DNA of 64,000 nt, taken from Tequatrovirus BCH953P2. The stretch is from the sequence record OZ035785.1, one strand, 5' to 3'. Positions 39,868-50,048 of the stretch are shown one piece after another. A model generated the notes under the pieces. It was not told where the DNA came from. It saw only the letters and a list, made by a program, of their open reading frames with translations, and made no database searches. Made by a program: the position numbers and the translations under genes. Numbering within the stretch: position 1 is the stretch's first letter; every line of letters begins with the position of its first letter.

Positions 39868-40146
39868 TTATTCTTTAAATCTAATCAATTTATTCATAGA
39901 CTTTGTAACTTCTGCACGAACCTCATGTAGATTTTTGAGCTGTTCAAGACGCTGCTCATAGTAAGCAATTTCATCTTCTTCGAGACAGTCCTGTGAATCT
40001 TCTTTAAGATAACGTGCATAGTCCTGGAAAGCGTTACGAACTACTTCCTGAAAGTCATCAAGACTTTGAATTTTCTTAGGAGCAACAGATACACGACGAG
40101 GGGCAGTATAATACTCATAACCAAACCCTGCGCTTAATTGAGCCAT
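39868..40146 (-). CDS. hypothetical protein
   Basis: Track ORF trimmed to MAQLSAGF (TAATG junction with upstream gene). Confidence 0.4.
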   Translation of the reverse strand: MAQLSAGFGYEYYTAPRRVSVAPKKIQSLDDFQEVVRNAFQDYARYLKEDSQDCLEEDEIAYYEQRLEQLKNLHEVRAEVTKSMNKLIRFKE

Positions 40147-40448
40147 TAATATTTTTCCTCTGGTTGGAACACAGCACGACAAGCCCACATACTGGCTTCT
40201 TTGAGTTTCGTTTTAGCAATAGTTAACTGATCGAGGCTTTCGGCATAATTCTTCGCGAATTCACAGTCTTCACAATTATCTAGTGCTTCCCAGAATTCAT
40301 CGTATAAAGCATCAAAGATAAGTCCTAAACGAACTTCAGCGTCTTTGATGGCATTCACTTTACCGATTTTCTTTTCAGTATGCGGCTTATAACCCTTAAT
40401 ATCTTCAATCATATTTGACTTCCTCACCAGTACATAAATCATATTCAA
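40146..40448 (-). CDS. hypothetical protein at the T4 vs.4 position
   Basis: 100 aa; second ORF after regB. T4 vs.4 encodes the cyclic-nucleotide sponge Acb2, but identity here is by position only. Confidence 0.3.
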   Translation of the reverse strand: MNMIYVLVRKSNMIEDIKGYKPHTEKKIGKVNAIKDAEVRLGLIFDALYDEFWEALDNCEDCEFAKNYAESLDQLTIAKTKLKEASMWACRAVFQPEEKY

Positions 40449-40626
40449 CTAAACGAATAGGTTCATGAATGCCATATCCCTGAACAGAAATTTCTGTAGT
40501 AGGATAAATTCCATCAATATCACCCATGTTCCATGCTTCGTTAAATTGCTGTTCGCCTGAATTACTAAACCATTCGGCAAAAGCATTTAGCACATCTTCA
40601 GAACCTTCAATAATTATCTTTGCCAT
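40405..40626 (-). CDS. hypothetical protein
   Basis: 73 aa ORF. Confidence 0.4.
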   Translation of the reverse strand: MAKIIIEGSEDVLNAFAEWFSNSGEQQFNEAWNMGDIDGIYPTTEISVQGYGIHEPIRLVEYDLCTGEEVKYD

Positions 40627-40988
40627 TACAAACTCTCGGTAAAGGTACGAGCGATAACATCGCGCTGCTGTTCCGGAGTCAGAGAGTTAAAGCGAACTGC
40701 ATAACCTGATACACGGATGGTCAGCTGCGGATATTTTTCCGGATGCTTAACTGCATCTTCCAGAGTTTCACGACGCAGAACGTTAACGTTCAGGTGTTGA
40801 CCACCTTCAATTTTAACTGTAGGCTGTTGCTCAATTTCAATTTCACGGGCATGCAAACCGTAGAAAATTTCTGGGTCTACAAAAGAGTCCTCTTTAAAGG
40901 TTTTAGAGACAATAATTCGTGCTTGAATACCATCTTCAAAATAAATAGTACCTTTATGTGTGCCTTCAAGAATTTGATATGCTTTCAT
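40626..40988 (-). CDS. autonomous glycyl radical cofactor (GrcA/YfiD-like)
   Basis: 120 aa; C-terminal RVSGYAVRF glycyl radical motif. Confidence 0.85.
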   Translation of the reverse strand: MKAYQILEGTHKGTIYFEDGIQARIIVSKTFKEDSFVDPEIFYGLHAREIEIEQQPTVKIEGGQHLNVNVLRRETLEDAVKHPEKYPQLTIRVSGYAVRFNSLTPEQQRDVIARTFTESL

Positions 40989-40995
40989 ATAAACC

Positions 40996-41376
40996 TCAAT
41001 TAGAAAATAAATTTATCCAAGATTGTTCTTTAATTAAAAATGGCTCAGAATCATATGCCATTAAACTCTGTGTGATTAGTCCTTTAAAAGGCCCATCAAT
41101 AAATTCCATGGTAAAATATGGAATTTTATTCATTAGCCGTGCATTAGGAGCAGTACATAAAACTCTGCATCCTTTGAATACACCCTTTTGTAATTTGTAT
41201 TGCTTGGGATAAAATTCGCTCAAAATGTTATTATTCGCTAAAATTTCAAAATGATTCACCAATTTATTTTTAATAGTTTTTGGTGAAAAATAGAGATATT
41301 CGAAAAGCTGTGCGTCTGTCATCATTGCATTCCGATTACGAAAAACTGTGGACGAGTAATACCACCAATGCAACAT
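40996..41376 (-). CDS. hypothetical protein
   Basis: 126 aa ORF. Confidence 0.45.
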   Translation of the reverse strand: MLHWWYYSSTVFRNRNAMMTDAQLFEYLYFSPKTIKNKLVNHFEILANNNILSEFYPKQYKLQKGVFKGCRVLCTAPNARLMNKIPYFTMEFIDGPFKGLITQSLMAYDSEPFLIKEQSWINLFSN

Positions 41377-41861
41377 TTACTATTGCAACAGTACTGTACA
41401 GTGTCAATATGAGCATCATAAATCTTATCCATATCAGGAGATTTGACAGGCTCATCAATTATATACAAAATTCGCGAAAGCGATAAACCTCTGAACTTGC
41501 TTCCTTTATTACCAATAAAACTGCGCACAGAATCAGTAAATAAACGAAAACGTATATCATCATTAGAATAACGCGAAAATTCCTTTTTAATGTTATTTGC
41601 AGAAATTTTAGCGTAAGCTGAAGTATTAGAAAGAACAATAACTGTTCCACCGTCATACAACCAATTAGCGGCAAAATTAGTTACTGCAGTTGATTTACCG
41701 GATTGACGTCCACCATCTAGTCGAAGTGTGCAATACTGCTTAAGTAAGTCTTCAAATGGTGGGATATAATCGTTTTTACAAATTTCTTCTACTCTAGCGT
41801 CAGAATGGTGTGTAAAAGCATTCATCAGGGATAGATAAGGACCAGTTAAAAATGTTCTCAT
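41322..41861 (-). CDS. small P-loop NTPase
   Basis: 179 aa; Walker A GGRQSGKST and Walker B ILYIIDE. Confidence 0.5.
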   Translation of the reverse strand: MRTFLTGPYLSLMNAFTHHSDARVEEICKNDYIPPFEDLLKQYCTLRLDGGRQSGKSTAVTNFAANWLYDGGTVIVLSNTSAYAKISANNIKKEFSRYSNDDIRFRLFTDSVRSFIGNKGSKFRGLSLSRILYIIDEPVKSPDMDKIYDAHIDTVQYCCNSKCCIGGITRPQFFVIGMQ

Positions 41862-42015
41862 TTTTGTTCTCTCTAGGTTTGGGCCATTCCATGGCGCATG
41901 AATTGTCCATTTCTGTATTTACCCATTACCGCACTTGGGCTCGACCTTATTACAGGTTGGCGGGAATCCCTCACAGAATCATGAGGTCCAGCTTGTTCCC
42001 ATATTTCTTATTTGC

Positions 42016-42489
42016 TTATTTGAATGATTTAACGTACTGAATAGAACCTTTACTATTCACAAAGGCAATTTTACCATTTTTGTTATACATGGTAGCAGTA
42101 CGCTGATAGCCATAAGTTTGTTTACCAGATTGATAACCAACTAATGCAAAATTATCTTCACCCATTTTATTCTGTTTAGCGCGAATGCGTTCATGGCCAT
42201 GTGCCATAAGAACCTTAGCATCACCAGTTGCAATGGATCTACGAGTTTTTTCATCTTCAACTGTATTAACAAAGTCGTCAAATGAATCAAATTTAGCATG
42301 AGATTTATTATACAGTTTTCCATCTACTGCATAATTATATCCCTGTACATCCATCTCAACTTCTGTACCATCATCCAATACAGCAGTGATTTTTTGACCT
42401 TTTTTAAATTTCAAAAGATCAGTAAAAGATTCAGCAATAATTTGAGAATTAATAGCTGCTTCAGTGATAAATTCTTGATATGTTTTCAT
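42016..42489 (-). CDS. internal-protein-like (capsid-targeted) protein
   Basis: 157 aa beginning MKTYQEFITE, matching the T4 internal protein capsid-targeting leader with I-x-E at residues 8-10. Confidence 0.6.
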   Translation of the reverse strand: MKTYQEFITEAAINSQIIAESFTDLLKFKKGQKITAVLDDGTEVEMDVQGYNYAVDGKLYNKSHAKFDSFDDFVNTVEDEKTRRSIATGDAKVLMAHGHERIRAKQNKMGEDNFALVGYQSGKQTYGYQRTATMYNKNGKIAFVNSKGSIQYVKSFK

Positions 42490-42498
42490 ATGTTTCCT

Positions 42499-42915
42499 TT
42501 AAATGTAAATATTTTTACCGTAATACTTATACCAATGTGGTTTCATTAAAATTTTTTCATCAAGTCGTTGTTGACTCAATTTAATAGCTGATTTGCATGG
42601 ATTATAATCATTTTTCCATTCTACTGGAATATCGCTGATGTCAGGAACTTCAGTATCTTTTATACTGAACCCTCGTTTTAAGCATTCCGTTATAATGTCC
42701 GATTGACGCTTTCGCAAAAATTCTAACTTATCGTAAAAGAAAGTAACATGACCAGAACCTAAAATAAATTTAGAAGATATTTTAAAATCTTTAACGCGCT
42801 TACCATTTGCCACATGCTTACGAACTATACCAAAAACACGTGGCAATTCACGATATTCTGCGATTAAATGTTGATCAGCAAGTTCAGATACTAAAGTCAA
42901 ATTAATACGAGTCAT
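42499..42915 (-). CDS. denV: endonuclease V (pyrimidine dimer glycosylase)
   Basis: 138 aa; [18 protein letters not shown]-terminus. Confidence 0.93.
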   Translation of the reverse strand: MTRINLTLVSELADQHLIAEYRELPRVFGIVRKHVANGKRVKDFKISSKFILGSGHVTFFYDKLEFLRKRQSDIITECLKRGFSIKDTEVPDISDIPVEWKNDYNPCKSAIKLSQQRLDEKILMKPHWYKYYGKNIYI

Positions 42916-42940
42916 TTTATCCCTCCAAGTAACTGTGAAT

Positions 42941-42970
42941 ATACTATCACAATTCTAGGAGAAAGTAAAC
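42941..42970 (-). promoter_or_regulatory. T4-type early promoter for denV
   Basis: Minus strand GTTTAC, 18 nt, TAGTAT. Confidence 0.5.
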
Positions 42971-42974
42971 AACT

Positions 42975-43944
<970 letters not shown>

Positions 43945-43948
<4 letters not shown>

Positions 43949-44307
43949 TTTAATTTCCTGCAATCACTCACAAACTCTTTCATTGATTCATTTTCAATAT
44001 AAGACATGTAGCTATTATATTCTTTTAATTGTATTTTGTAATCCTTTTTTCTTTGCCAATTTATTTTAAAATTATCATAATGAAAATATAACATGGTACC
44101 AAAGAATGAAAATAATGAAATAATTTTAGTATAGTGAAGTTCACTCCAAACTTCTGTTATATTTACTGTGCCGTCGATGTTTAAAATAAGACAGTCAATT
44201 AACAATCCAAAAAGACTACCCGCAAGAGCTGCAGCCAACGCCACAGCAAAAATTAAAAATGACTCAGGAAGAGAATATTTGACTTTATTTAGTTTTGGCT
44301 TTTGCAT
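43945..44307 (-). CDS. membrane protein
   Basis: 120 aa with hydrophobic segments. Confidence 0.45.
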
Positions 44308-44702
44308 CGTGATTCCTTAACAAATTTCATAATTTCATCAAATTCGTATGCAGCAAGTTTAAGCTGGTGTTCCTTTTTAATCTTTTTACACTGTGCTTTC
44401 CAATCACGTACGCGTTTACGATAATGTCTTCCTTGATACCAGTATCCTACCCAATTTACCGGTACTAATAAAAGTGGAACTACCAATGGAAGAATTAGCA
44501 TTAACACAAGTATTTCGCCAGAATCAATATCAGTCATAACATCTAAAACACCTCCAATAATCAATAGAATTACAAATGATATAAGTATAACAGGACCTAT
44601 TAATACATCGGTAGAAATTATCTGGTGCTTTGATTCATACTTCAAAGGTTTACTTGGAAGGTATAGTGATGGTTTTGACATATTCTCTACATTCCTTAAC
44701 AA
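44289..44702 (-). CDS. membrane protein
   Basis: 137 aa with hydrophobic segments. Confidence 0.45.
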   Translation of the reverse strand: MLRNVENMSKPSLYLPSKPLKYESKHQIISTDVLIGPVILISFVILLIIGGVLDVMTDIDSGEILVLMLILPLVVPLLLVPVNWVGYWYQGRHYRKRVRDWKAQCKKIKKEHQLKLAAYEFDEIMKFVKESRCKSQN

Positions 44703-45261
44703 ATTTTTCTAATAATAAATCGCTTTCAAAATTGGGGTTTTCTACGAATTTATCAAAAAGATCATCAACAATAGTTAAGATATTCTTTTTACTAAGAATA
44801 CGTTTATTTTCATGCTTCGTTTCAGAATCAACTATAAGAGTAAAGAAATATTTCTTTCCCTGAAATTTTACTGTAGTATCAATATAGAATAAATTTGACT
44901 TTTGTAAGTTACGTTTAAACCATGCGTCACTTAAACTATAAACACCGAGATAATCAAAATCGTCGTTTAAATAACATACTGTCCATTCAGGAGAAATGAA
45001 ATCAGTAAATTCAACATCAAAATCACACGTCAATGAATGAATTGATTCAATACTGTTAATAAGTATTCCAGGACGTATTAAAGACTTTTTACCTCTAGAA
45101 AATCTTCCAAAAAGACTTTCATCAGTTTCATATGAAGAACCCCAATAATAATTACGTCCTTCTGCCATACGTTTAAGAGCATTTAATAATTGGTCTGGAA
45201 CATCAACTTGTCTTTGGAATTCTTCAAACATTGAATTGAAATCAATTTGCATTCTTCTCAT
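44650..45261 (-). CDS. hypothetical protein
   Basis: 203 aa ORF. Confidence 0.5.
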   Translation of the reverse strand: MRRMQIDFNSMFEEFQRQVDVPDQLLNALKRMAEGRNYYWGSSYETDESLFGRFSRGKKSLIRPGILINSIESIHSLTCDFDVEFTDFISPEWTVCYLNDDFDYLGVYSLSDAWFKRNLQKSNLFYIDTTVKFQGKKYFFTLIVDSETKHENKRILSKKNILTIVDDLFDKFVENPNFESDLLLEKFVKECREYVKTITIPSK

Positions 45262-45282
45262 TCCTATTTACTCCAAGTAATA

Positions 45283-45298
45283 GGGGCCGAAGCCCCTT
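45283..45298 (-). other. C(UUCG)G tetraloop RNA hairpin
   Basis: GGGGCCGAAGCCCC between two minus-strand genes. Confidence 0.55.
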
Positions 45299-45302
45299 AT
45301 CA

Positions 45303-45896
45303 TTATTTCAGAGAATTAATATATTCCTGAACATCGGCAGAGGTAGTTTCAACCCCAGAAATATTACCGTTAAAGGTTTCAACTCGAGCAAGAGTATCTT
45401 CAATATCAACCTTAGTCAGCGCTGCAATTTCAACTACATCATCGGCAGTACTAATTCCAAGGGCATTTGCTGCACGAGTTTCACGGATATATTCCAATTT
45501 AACTGCAAGTTCTTGGCGAGCATCATCCAATTCAACTACTTTCTTGGCGATTTCAATTCGCATTTCAGCATAACCATCAGCTTTAGTAGTCAACTGTTCA
45601 GCTGTTCGACGATATAGCAAACCGAGTTTAGCATGCATTGTTACATCTTGACCTTCAGAAAGAAGCTTGCGAATTTCACGCTCTTTTGATTCGGCCTGCT
45701 TATTCTTTTCAATAACAAGTTCACGAATACGTTTTTCTTCATTAATAGATTTAACAGAAGCAGTTTTTAGGTCTTTAATTTTATCAAGCAGTTTTGCTGC
45801 TGCGGCAGTATACTGTTCTTCAACAGATAGATTTTTAGCCATAGCAGAACCAAGTTTAGTGCGAATAAACTCAACAATTTTCTTCAGTGTGTTCAT
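45303..45896 (-). CDS. coiled-coil protein
   Basis: 197 aa, long predicted alpha-helical coiled coil. Confidence 0.5.
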   Translation of the reverse strand: MNTLKKIVEFIRTKLGSAMAKNLSVEEQYTAAAAKLLDKIKDLKTASVKSINEEKRIRELVIEKNKQAESKEREIRKLLSEGQDVTMHAKLGLLYRRTAEQLTTKADGYAEMRIEIAKKVVELDDARQELAVKLEYIRETRAANALGISTADDVVEIAALTKVDIEDTLARVETFNGNISGVETTSADVQEYINSLK

Positions 45897-45941
45897 AGTA
45901 TTTCCTTTAGTTAATTAAGGGTTTTATAATCCGTGGGAGTA

Positions 45942-46118
45942 TTATACTCCGGATAGTTTGTAAACTATTTCAACATCGCCTTTTGCTGCTTTATAACCTT
46001 CAGCCCAAGATACAACCGAGTTTTTATCCGAAGATTCAAATTCTGGCATTGGGCTTTCGCCAATGTTCACGCAGTATGTTTCTTCATTTTCGTCGAACCA
46101 AATAATTAAAGTAGTCAT
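45942..46118 (-). CDS. small acidic protein
   Basis: 58 aa ORF MTTLIIWFDENEETY... with GGAG upstream; not in ORF track. Confidence 0.35.
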   Translation of the reverse strand: MTTLIIWFDENEETYCVNIGESPMPEFESSDKNSVVSWAEGYKAAKGDVEIVYKLSGV

Positions 46119-46186
46119 TTATTTCTCCGTTTCTGTATTTGTTTTGATAAGTCTATAATAACACCGTCCTTGGTGTTTGTACACAA

Positions 46187-46450
46187 TTATTTCATATTAT
46201 TGAAATATTCTTCTGCGATTTCGTCGTTATCATGGTAAACTTTAGAAGACAGTTTAACATAACTTTCAGCAGTGAACATGTTAATCACAACCTTTACAGT
46301 ATACCACTGACCATCTTCATTACCCATTACTGCGTAAGTTTCAAACATCGGATGATCAGGACCGATAACTTTAATATCATTCACTGTACGACCGAAATCT
46401 TCTGAAACACATTTCATAAAGAAGTTGAACAGTTCGCCGTAATTATCCAT
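46187..46450 (-). CDS. hypothetical protein
   Basis: Track ORF starts at TTG; ATG at 46450 with GGAG upstream inside the promoter cassette. Confidence 0.5.
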   Translation of the reverse strand: MDNYGELFNFFMKCVSEDFGRTVNDIKVIGPDHPMFETYAVMGNEDGQWYTVKVVINMFTAESYVKLSSKVYHDNDEIAEEYFNNMK

Positions 46451-46493
46451 TTCATTCTCCAAATTGTTTTCTGTATCAGTAGTTGATAGTTGT

Positions 46494-46523
46494 ATAGTAC
46501 CATGGAAGAACAGGGATGTAAAC
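46494..46523 (-). promoter_or_regulatory. T4-type early promoter within a repeated promoter cassette
   Basis: Minus strand GTTTAC, 18 nt, TACTAT; cassette near-identical to 5055-5110 and 31787-31850. Confidence 0.6.
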
Positions 46524-46655
46524 AGTTTTGTGAAAAAATTTTTTAAAAAGTTTTAGGGAATTCTAGGGTCAGGAGGGACAATTAAAAGGTAGGATAATAT
46601 ATTATAAAGGGTATAAACTAAATGATGCCCAGAGAGGCCCGGAAAGGCCTAGATA

Positions 46656-46684
46656 CCAAAAAGCCCCAACCTTTCGGCTGGGGC
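46656..46684 (-). terminator. intrinsic terminator
   Basis: Minus strand AGCCCCAGCCGAAAGGUUGGGGCU then UUUU; preceded by a second hairpin at 46633-46650. Confidence 0.6.
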
Positions 46685-46692
46685 TAAGAATG

Positions 46693-47166
46693 TTATTTGA
46701 TTTGTTTAGCAGACCAAATGCGGTCTTTAATAATTTTTTGGATGTCTTCAACATATTCAAGAGAGTGAACATGTGGGTTATCTTTGAAACTATAAGCACG
46801 AGCTAGCTTTTGGCCTTCAGTTTTGATTATCAAAAGTTCTTTAAGAATTGCTTCATACCTAGAGATAATTCCTTTAGCAATATTTTTTTCTTGTGCTGCT
46901 TTAGGATCAGCCTTAGGAGCAGGTTTACCTGAAGCCTTTGCAAAAGCAGCTCCAGTAGCAACTAAACTTTTCCAAGCCATACTAACTGCATTCCCTGTAA
47001 ATCCTTCGGCTTTCATATCACGAGCAAATTGGAATCGTGATTCATCGGAAGCATCTTTATAGGAATATTTACCCGCGGCAATGGCAGCTTTTGCAACAGC
47101 TTGAATTTCAGTGCTAGATGCTTCATTTAACACCGCTTCATTTAAAAATTGAGCATATGATTTCAT
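46693..47166 (-). CDS. internal-protein-like (capsid-targeted) protein
   Basis: 157 aa beginning MKSYAQFLNE (L-x-E at residues 8-10). Confidence 0.55.
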   Translation of the reverse strand: MKSYAQFLNEAVLNEASSTEIQAVAKAAIAAGKYSYKDASDESRFQFARDMKAEGFTGNAVSMAWKSLVATGAAFAKASGKPAPKADPKAAQEKNIAKGIISRYEAILKELLIIKTEGQKLARAYSFKDNPHVHSLEYVEDIQKIIKDRIWSAKQIK

Positions 47167-47211
47167 CTTATTTCCTGTTTTAATTCGTGGTTTTAATATA
47201 CTTATTTATAC

Positions 47212-47240
47212 TAAAAAGCCCCAACCTTTCGGTCGGGGCT
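47212..47240 (-). terminator. intrinsic terminator
   Basis: Minus strand AGCCCCGACCGAAAGGUUGGGGCU then UUUUU; near-duplicate of the hairpin at 46661-46684. Confidence 0.6.
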
Positions 47241-47527
47241 AAGCCTTGCGGCAACCTTGTCGGGGTTCCACCTGCTAAGGCAAGTGTTTGTGCGAAACGC
47301 CGGGACTTGAACCCGGTTATTAAGTAGTTGACGCTACTCAATATTTTTAAAAGGCCATATCTCGACCATATCCGAACGTTCCGTCAAAAACGCTACTCGG
47401 CTTACGGCAAAGATATTTCCTCGAATCGATAATTCGGTGCGCCGTTTCTGCTGTGATGTAAGAGGACATCAATAAACGCAAAGATTATTAACGCAATTCC
47501 TTACTCAGGGAACATCAGTCCGACGAC
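47241..47527 (-). ncRNA. candidate structured stable RNA
   Basis: About 290 nt without a credible ORF; contains a tRNA-like T-arm (CCGGG UUCAAGU CCCGG) and ends at a terminator. Confidence 0.3.
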
Positions 47528-48082
47528 TTACCGGTAGCGACCCGGTTTCTCATTTGGTATTTCAAATTGTGTAGATTTAGTATCTAATTTTTTAACTATG
47601 GAACTTATGTCATGAAAGAAAAACCATTCACCATTTATATGGTCCTGATTATAAATGCTGTGCATATATTTTTCAAGTTCTACTGCATCCTGGGAATATC
47701 TAAATGATACTATTTTAAAACTTTTAAACGGTGAAAATGTATTTGCTGTTATAACTCTAACATCAGGTTCTATACTTCTTCCTATTTTATAATAATTAGG
47801 ATTTGTAGTATCTACCATTATGTATACGAAAGCCTGTCGATAGCTTTTTTCTATATCAAATTCATCTTTAAATTTCAAAAGATTTAGGGCGGCAGTCCTA
47901 CAAAATACTTTCCATTTTGACAAGCGTTTGGCTTCAGTCATAGAAAAGAATTTTTTCTTATCTGTTATTTTAAGAAAAGCAACATTTTCAATTAGTTCTT
48001 GTGTTATTTCAAAATTACCATGGTATATTAATCCAGCTTTTATAGCCAAATTAATTTGGTCCCAGTCTACATCACTTCTCAT
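47528..48082 (-). CDS. T5orf172-type (GIY-YIG-like) domain protein
   Basis: 184 aa; C-terminal FVYIMVD...YYKIGRS...GEWFFF resembles the T5orf172 domain. Confidence 0.5.
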   Translation of the reverse strand: MRSDVDWDQINLAIKAGLIYHGNFEITQELIENVAFLKITDKKKFFSMTEAKRLSKWKVFCRTAALNLLKFKDEFDIEKSYRQAFVYIMVDTTNPNYYKIGRSIEPDVRVITANTFSPFKSFKIVSFRYSQDAVELEKYMHSIYNQDHINGEWFFFHDISSIVKKLDTKSTQFEIPNEKPGRYR

Positions 48083-48103
48083 AATATTATTCTCTCAATA
48101 ATT

Positions 48104-48180
48104 TGGTCAGGGTGAAAGGATTCTAACCTTTAACCTGCGGTTTAGAGGACCGCTACTCTATACAATTGAGTTACACCCCG
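48104..48180 (-). tRNA. tRNA-like, anticodon UCU (Arg), non-canonical D and T loops
   Basis: Cloverleaf folds with 7 bp acceptor stem and encoded CCA; D loop lacks GG and T loop is UUAGAAU (no C56); anticodon loop CCUCUAA. Confidence 0.5.
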
Positions 48181-48306
48181 TAATTAGTTCACAGCAATAC
48201 CTACTCCAACAATCAAGATGTCTTCACACGAAATTAAGAGAAGTGTGATCAGTTCAACCCCTATAATCGCGTCAAGTAGATATTAATGTGACAACTGTCA
48301 CAAGTT

Positions 48307-48381
48307 TGGCGGACATGCATGGATTCGAACCATGGACCAATTGATTAACAGTCAACTGCTCTACCACTGAGCTACACATCC
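48307..48381 (-). tRNA. tRNA-Asn (anticodon GUU)
   Basis: Canonical cloverleaf, T loop TTCGAAT, CCA encoded. Confidence 0.65.
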
Positions 48382-48385
48382 AAAT

Positions 48386-48472
48386 TGGTGGGGAGTGGTG
48401 GAGTCGAACCACCCGAGTCGCAATGACAATGAATTTACAGTCCACCCCGCTACCCCTACCGGATAACTCCCC
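48386..48472 (-). tRNA. type II tRNA-like, anticodon GUA (Tyr)
   Basis: GGGGAGU/ACUCCCC acceptor stem, 3 bp D stem, long variable arm, T loop TTCGACT, CCA encoded; anticodon stem has two G-U pairs. Confidence 0.5.
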
Positions 48473-48492
48473 CCCCCCCCTAATTCTTAATT

Positions 48493-48567
48493 TGGTGGCC
48501 CTGGGTGGAATTGAACCACCATCTGGCGATTATGAGTCGCTTGCTTGAACCTTCCAGCTACAGGGCC
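48493..48567 (-). tRNA. tRNA-Ile (anticodon CAU)
   Basis: Canonical cloverleaf, CCA encoded; CAU would read Met unless modified, called Ile by analogy with T4. Confidence 0.8.
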
Positions 48568-48568
48568 T

Positions 48569-48644
48569 TGGTGCTGATTGACGGAATCGAACCGCCGACC
48601 TTCTCATTACAAGTGAGTTGCTCTACCTACTGAGCTAAATCAGC
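48569..48644 (-). tRNA. tRNA-Thr (anticodon UGU)
   Basis: GCTGATT/AATCAGC acceptor stem, CTTGTAA loop, CCA encoded. Confidence 0.85.
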
Positions 48645-48649
48645 AAAAC

Positions 48650-48739
48650 TGGCGGAGGCGATAGGATTTGAACCTATGAGTCGCCGGAGCGACTGCCGGT
48701 TTTCAAGACCGGTGCATTAAACCACTCTGCCACGCCTCC
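48650..48739 (-). tRNA. tRNA-Ser (anticodon UGA), type II
   Basis: 90 nt with long variable arm; matches recalled T4 tRNA-Ser. Confidence 0.9.
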
Positions 48740-48741
48740 AG

Positions 48742-48815
48742 TCTCCGCGGCAGGATTTGAACCTACGACATTCTGCTCCCAAAGCAGACGCTCTACCAAA
48801 CTGAGCTACACGGAG
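48742..48815 (-). tRNA. tRNA-Pro (anticodon UGG)
   Basis: CTTTGGG anticodon loop; no encoded CCA; 2 nt from tRNA-Ser. Confidence 0.85.
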
Positions 48816-48825
48816 TAAATTAAAT

Positions 48826-48899
<74 letters not shown>

Positions 48900-48904
48900 A
48901 AATT

Positions 48905-48991
48905 TGGTGCGAGAAGTGGGACTCGAACCCACAAGGAAATCATTCCGCAGCATTTTAAGTGCTGTGCCTTTACCAATTTGACCATTCTCGC
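48905..48991 (-). tRNA. tRNA-Leu (anticodon UAA), type II
   Basis: 87 nt, CTTAAAA loop, long variable arm, CCA encoded. Confidence 0.88.
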
Positions 48992-48992
48992 G

Positions 48993-49065
48993 CTGGGAAT
49001 AAAGGACTCGAACCTTTGCATCTAGCAGTCAAAGTGCTATGCCTTACCAACTTGGCTAATTCCCA
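48993..49065 (-). tRNA. tRNA-Gln (anticodon UUG)
   Basis: TGGGAAT/ATTCCCA acceptor stem, CTTTGAC loop; no encoded CCA; abuts tRNA-Leu. Confidence 0.88.
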
Positions 49066-49162
49066 ATTATTAACAAAGGCTCTCAAACAAGAACCCTTGA
49101 TGATAGAGGGTATTAATCAGTGCGGTATGAGTTAATAATAACAAATAATTCTTAAAGCATAT

Positions 49163-49450
49163 TTACCATTTATGATGATACATACTTACGATGCATTCAA
49201 GACCTAAAGGATTCTTGAAAATATCATATTCAAGAGGACCTTTTTCTGTTTCAATAAAGAAATCAAAATTTACTGTATTAAATTTACGGTCTTCCTTTAC
49301 TAATTTAACTTGAGAAGATGAACGGTCAATGTAAACCTTTTCAACTTCAAAACATGTTAAAACGCCATAATCATCAATCAAGGCTTTAGCTGCGTCTTGA
49401 TCATATTTATATCCATTTTCAATGGATGATACTTTAGCATAAAGAATCAT
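49163..49450 (-). CDS. hypothetical protein
   Basis: 95 aa ORF. Confidence 0.45.
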   Translation of the reverse strand: MILYAKVSSIENGYKYDQDAAKALIDDYGVLTCFEVEKVYIDRSSSQVKLVKEDRKFNTVNFDFFIETEKGPLEYDIFKNPLGLECIVSMYHHKW

Positions 49451-49452
49451 TA

Positions 49453-49872
49453 TCAGCCTTCATCAACAATAGTATGAGTGTGGGCATTTACAATTTGCCA
49501 CCAATCAAAGCGATTAGAACCATACATCGGTTTGTTTTCATTTTCTTTGATAATATCACGGAGTTCATCTTCGGTAGCGGCTTTCGCGATTAAATCAGCA
49601 TATCCACCACGAGGATAATAATTATCACCTGCAAAAAGTAAAAAGTTTGGTTTAATATTATTAAACTCTTCAAGAGTAATAACTGTTCCACCAGGTTGAA
49701 CAATCTCTACATAACTATATCCTAATTTTTGAGCAGCATCTACTGCTTCAAGCAGGGTATCATGAGCCCATCCAATTTGGCAATCTGGCTTTTCAGATGG
49801 ATTAGCCTGATAATCCGCGTACACTTTATACATTCTATTCACCTTTAGAAATTTTATCCATAACGATAGCAA
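49453..49872 (-). CDS. hypothetical protein
   Basis: 139 aa ORF. Confidence 0.5.
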   Translation of the reverse strand: MLSLWIKFLKVNRMYKVYADYQANPSEKPDCQIGWAHDTLLEAVDAAQKLGYSYVEIVQPGGTVITLEEFNNIKPNFLLFAGDNYYPRGGYADLIAKAATEDELRDIIKENENKPMYGSNRFDWWQIVNAHTHTIVDEG

Positions 49873-50020
49873 TTAAACCAATTAAAAATGCTACTACAAG
49901 TGAAAAAACATTTTCTGCTGTAGTCAATAATCCGCATATAAATCCAACAAACATTGAAAAACTAAAAGCGGAAGCAGAAATTGCAATAGCAACATTTCGA
50001 ATTAATTCACAACGTTTCAT
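49835..50020 (-). CDS. small membrane protein
   Basis: 61 aa, hydrophobic; early promoter directly upstream. Confidence 0.4.
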   Translation of the reverse strand: MKRCELIRNVAIAISASAFSFSMFVGFICGLLTTAENVFSLVVAFLIGLIAIVMDKISKGE

Positions 50021-50048
50021 TTTATTCTCCTCAGTAGTAGATAGGGTA

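Noticed and set aside
45303-45896. PspA/IM30-like assignment for the 197 aa coiled-coil protein
   Set aside because: Similarity is limited to generic coiled-coil character with no alignable motif; left as coiled-coil protein of unknown function.
46602-46799. 65 aa minus-strand ORF spanning the twin terminator hairpins
   Set aside because: It overlaps the 3' end of the internal-protein-like gene and the GC-rich terminator stems; more likely structure than coding.
48181-48306. Additional tRNA in the 126 nt spacer between the Arg-like and Asn tRNA genes
   Set aside because: No cloverleaf with a T-loop or acceptor stem could be folded; it contains only a short palindrome (TGTGACA AC TGTCACA), more likely a processing hairpin.
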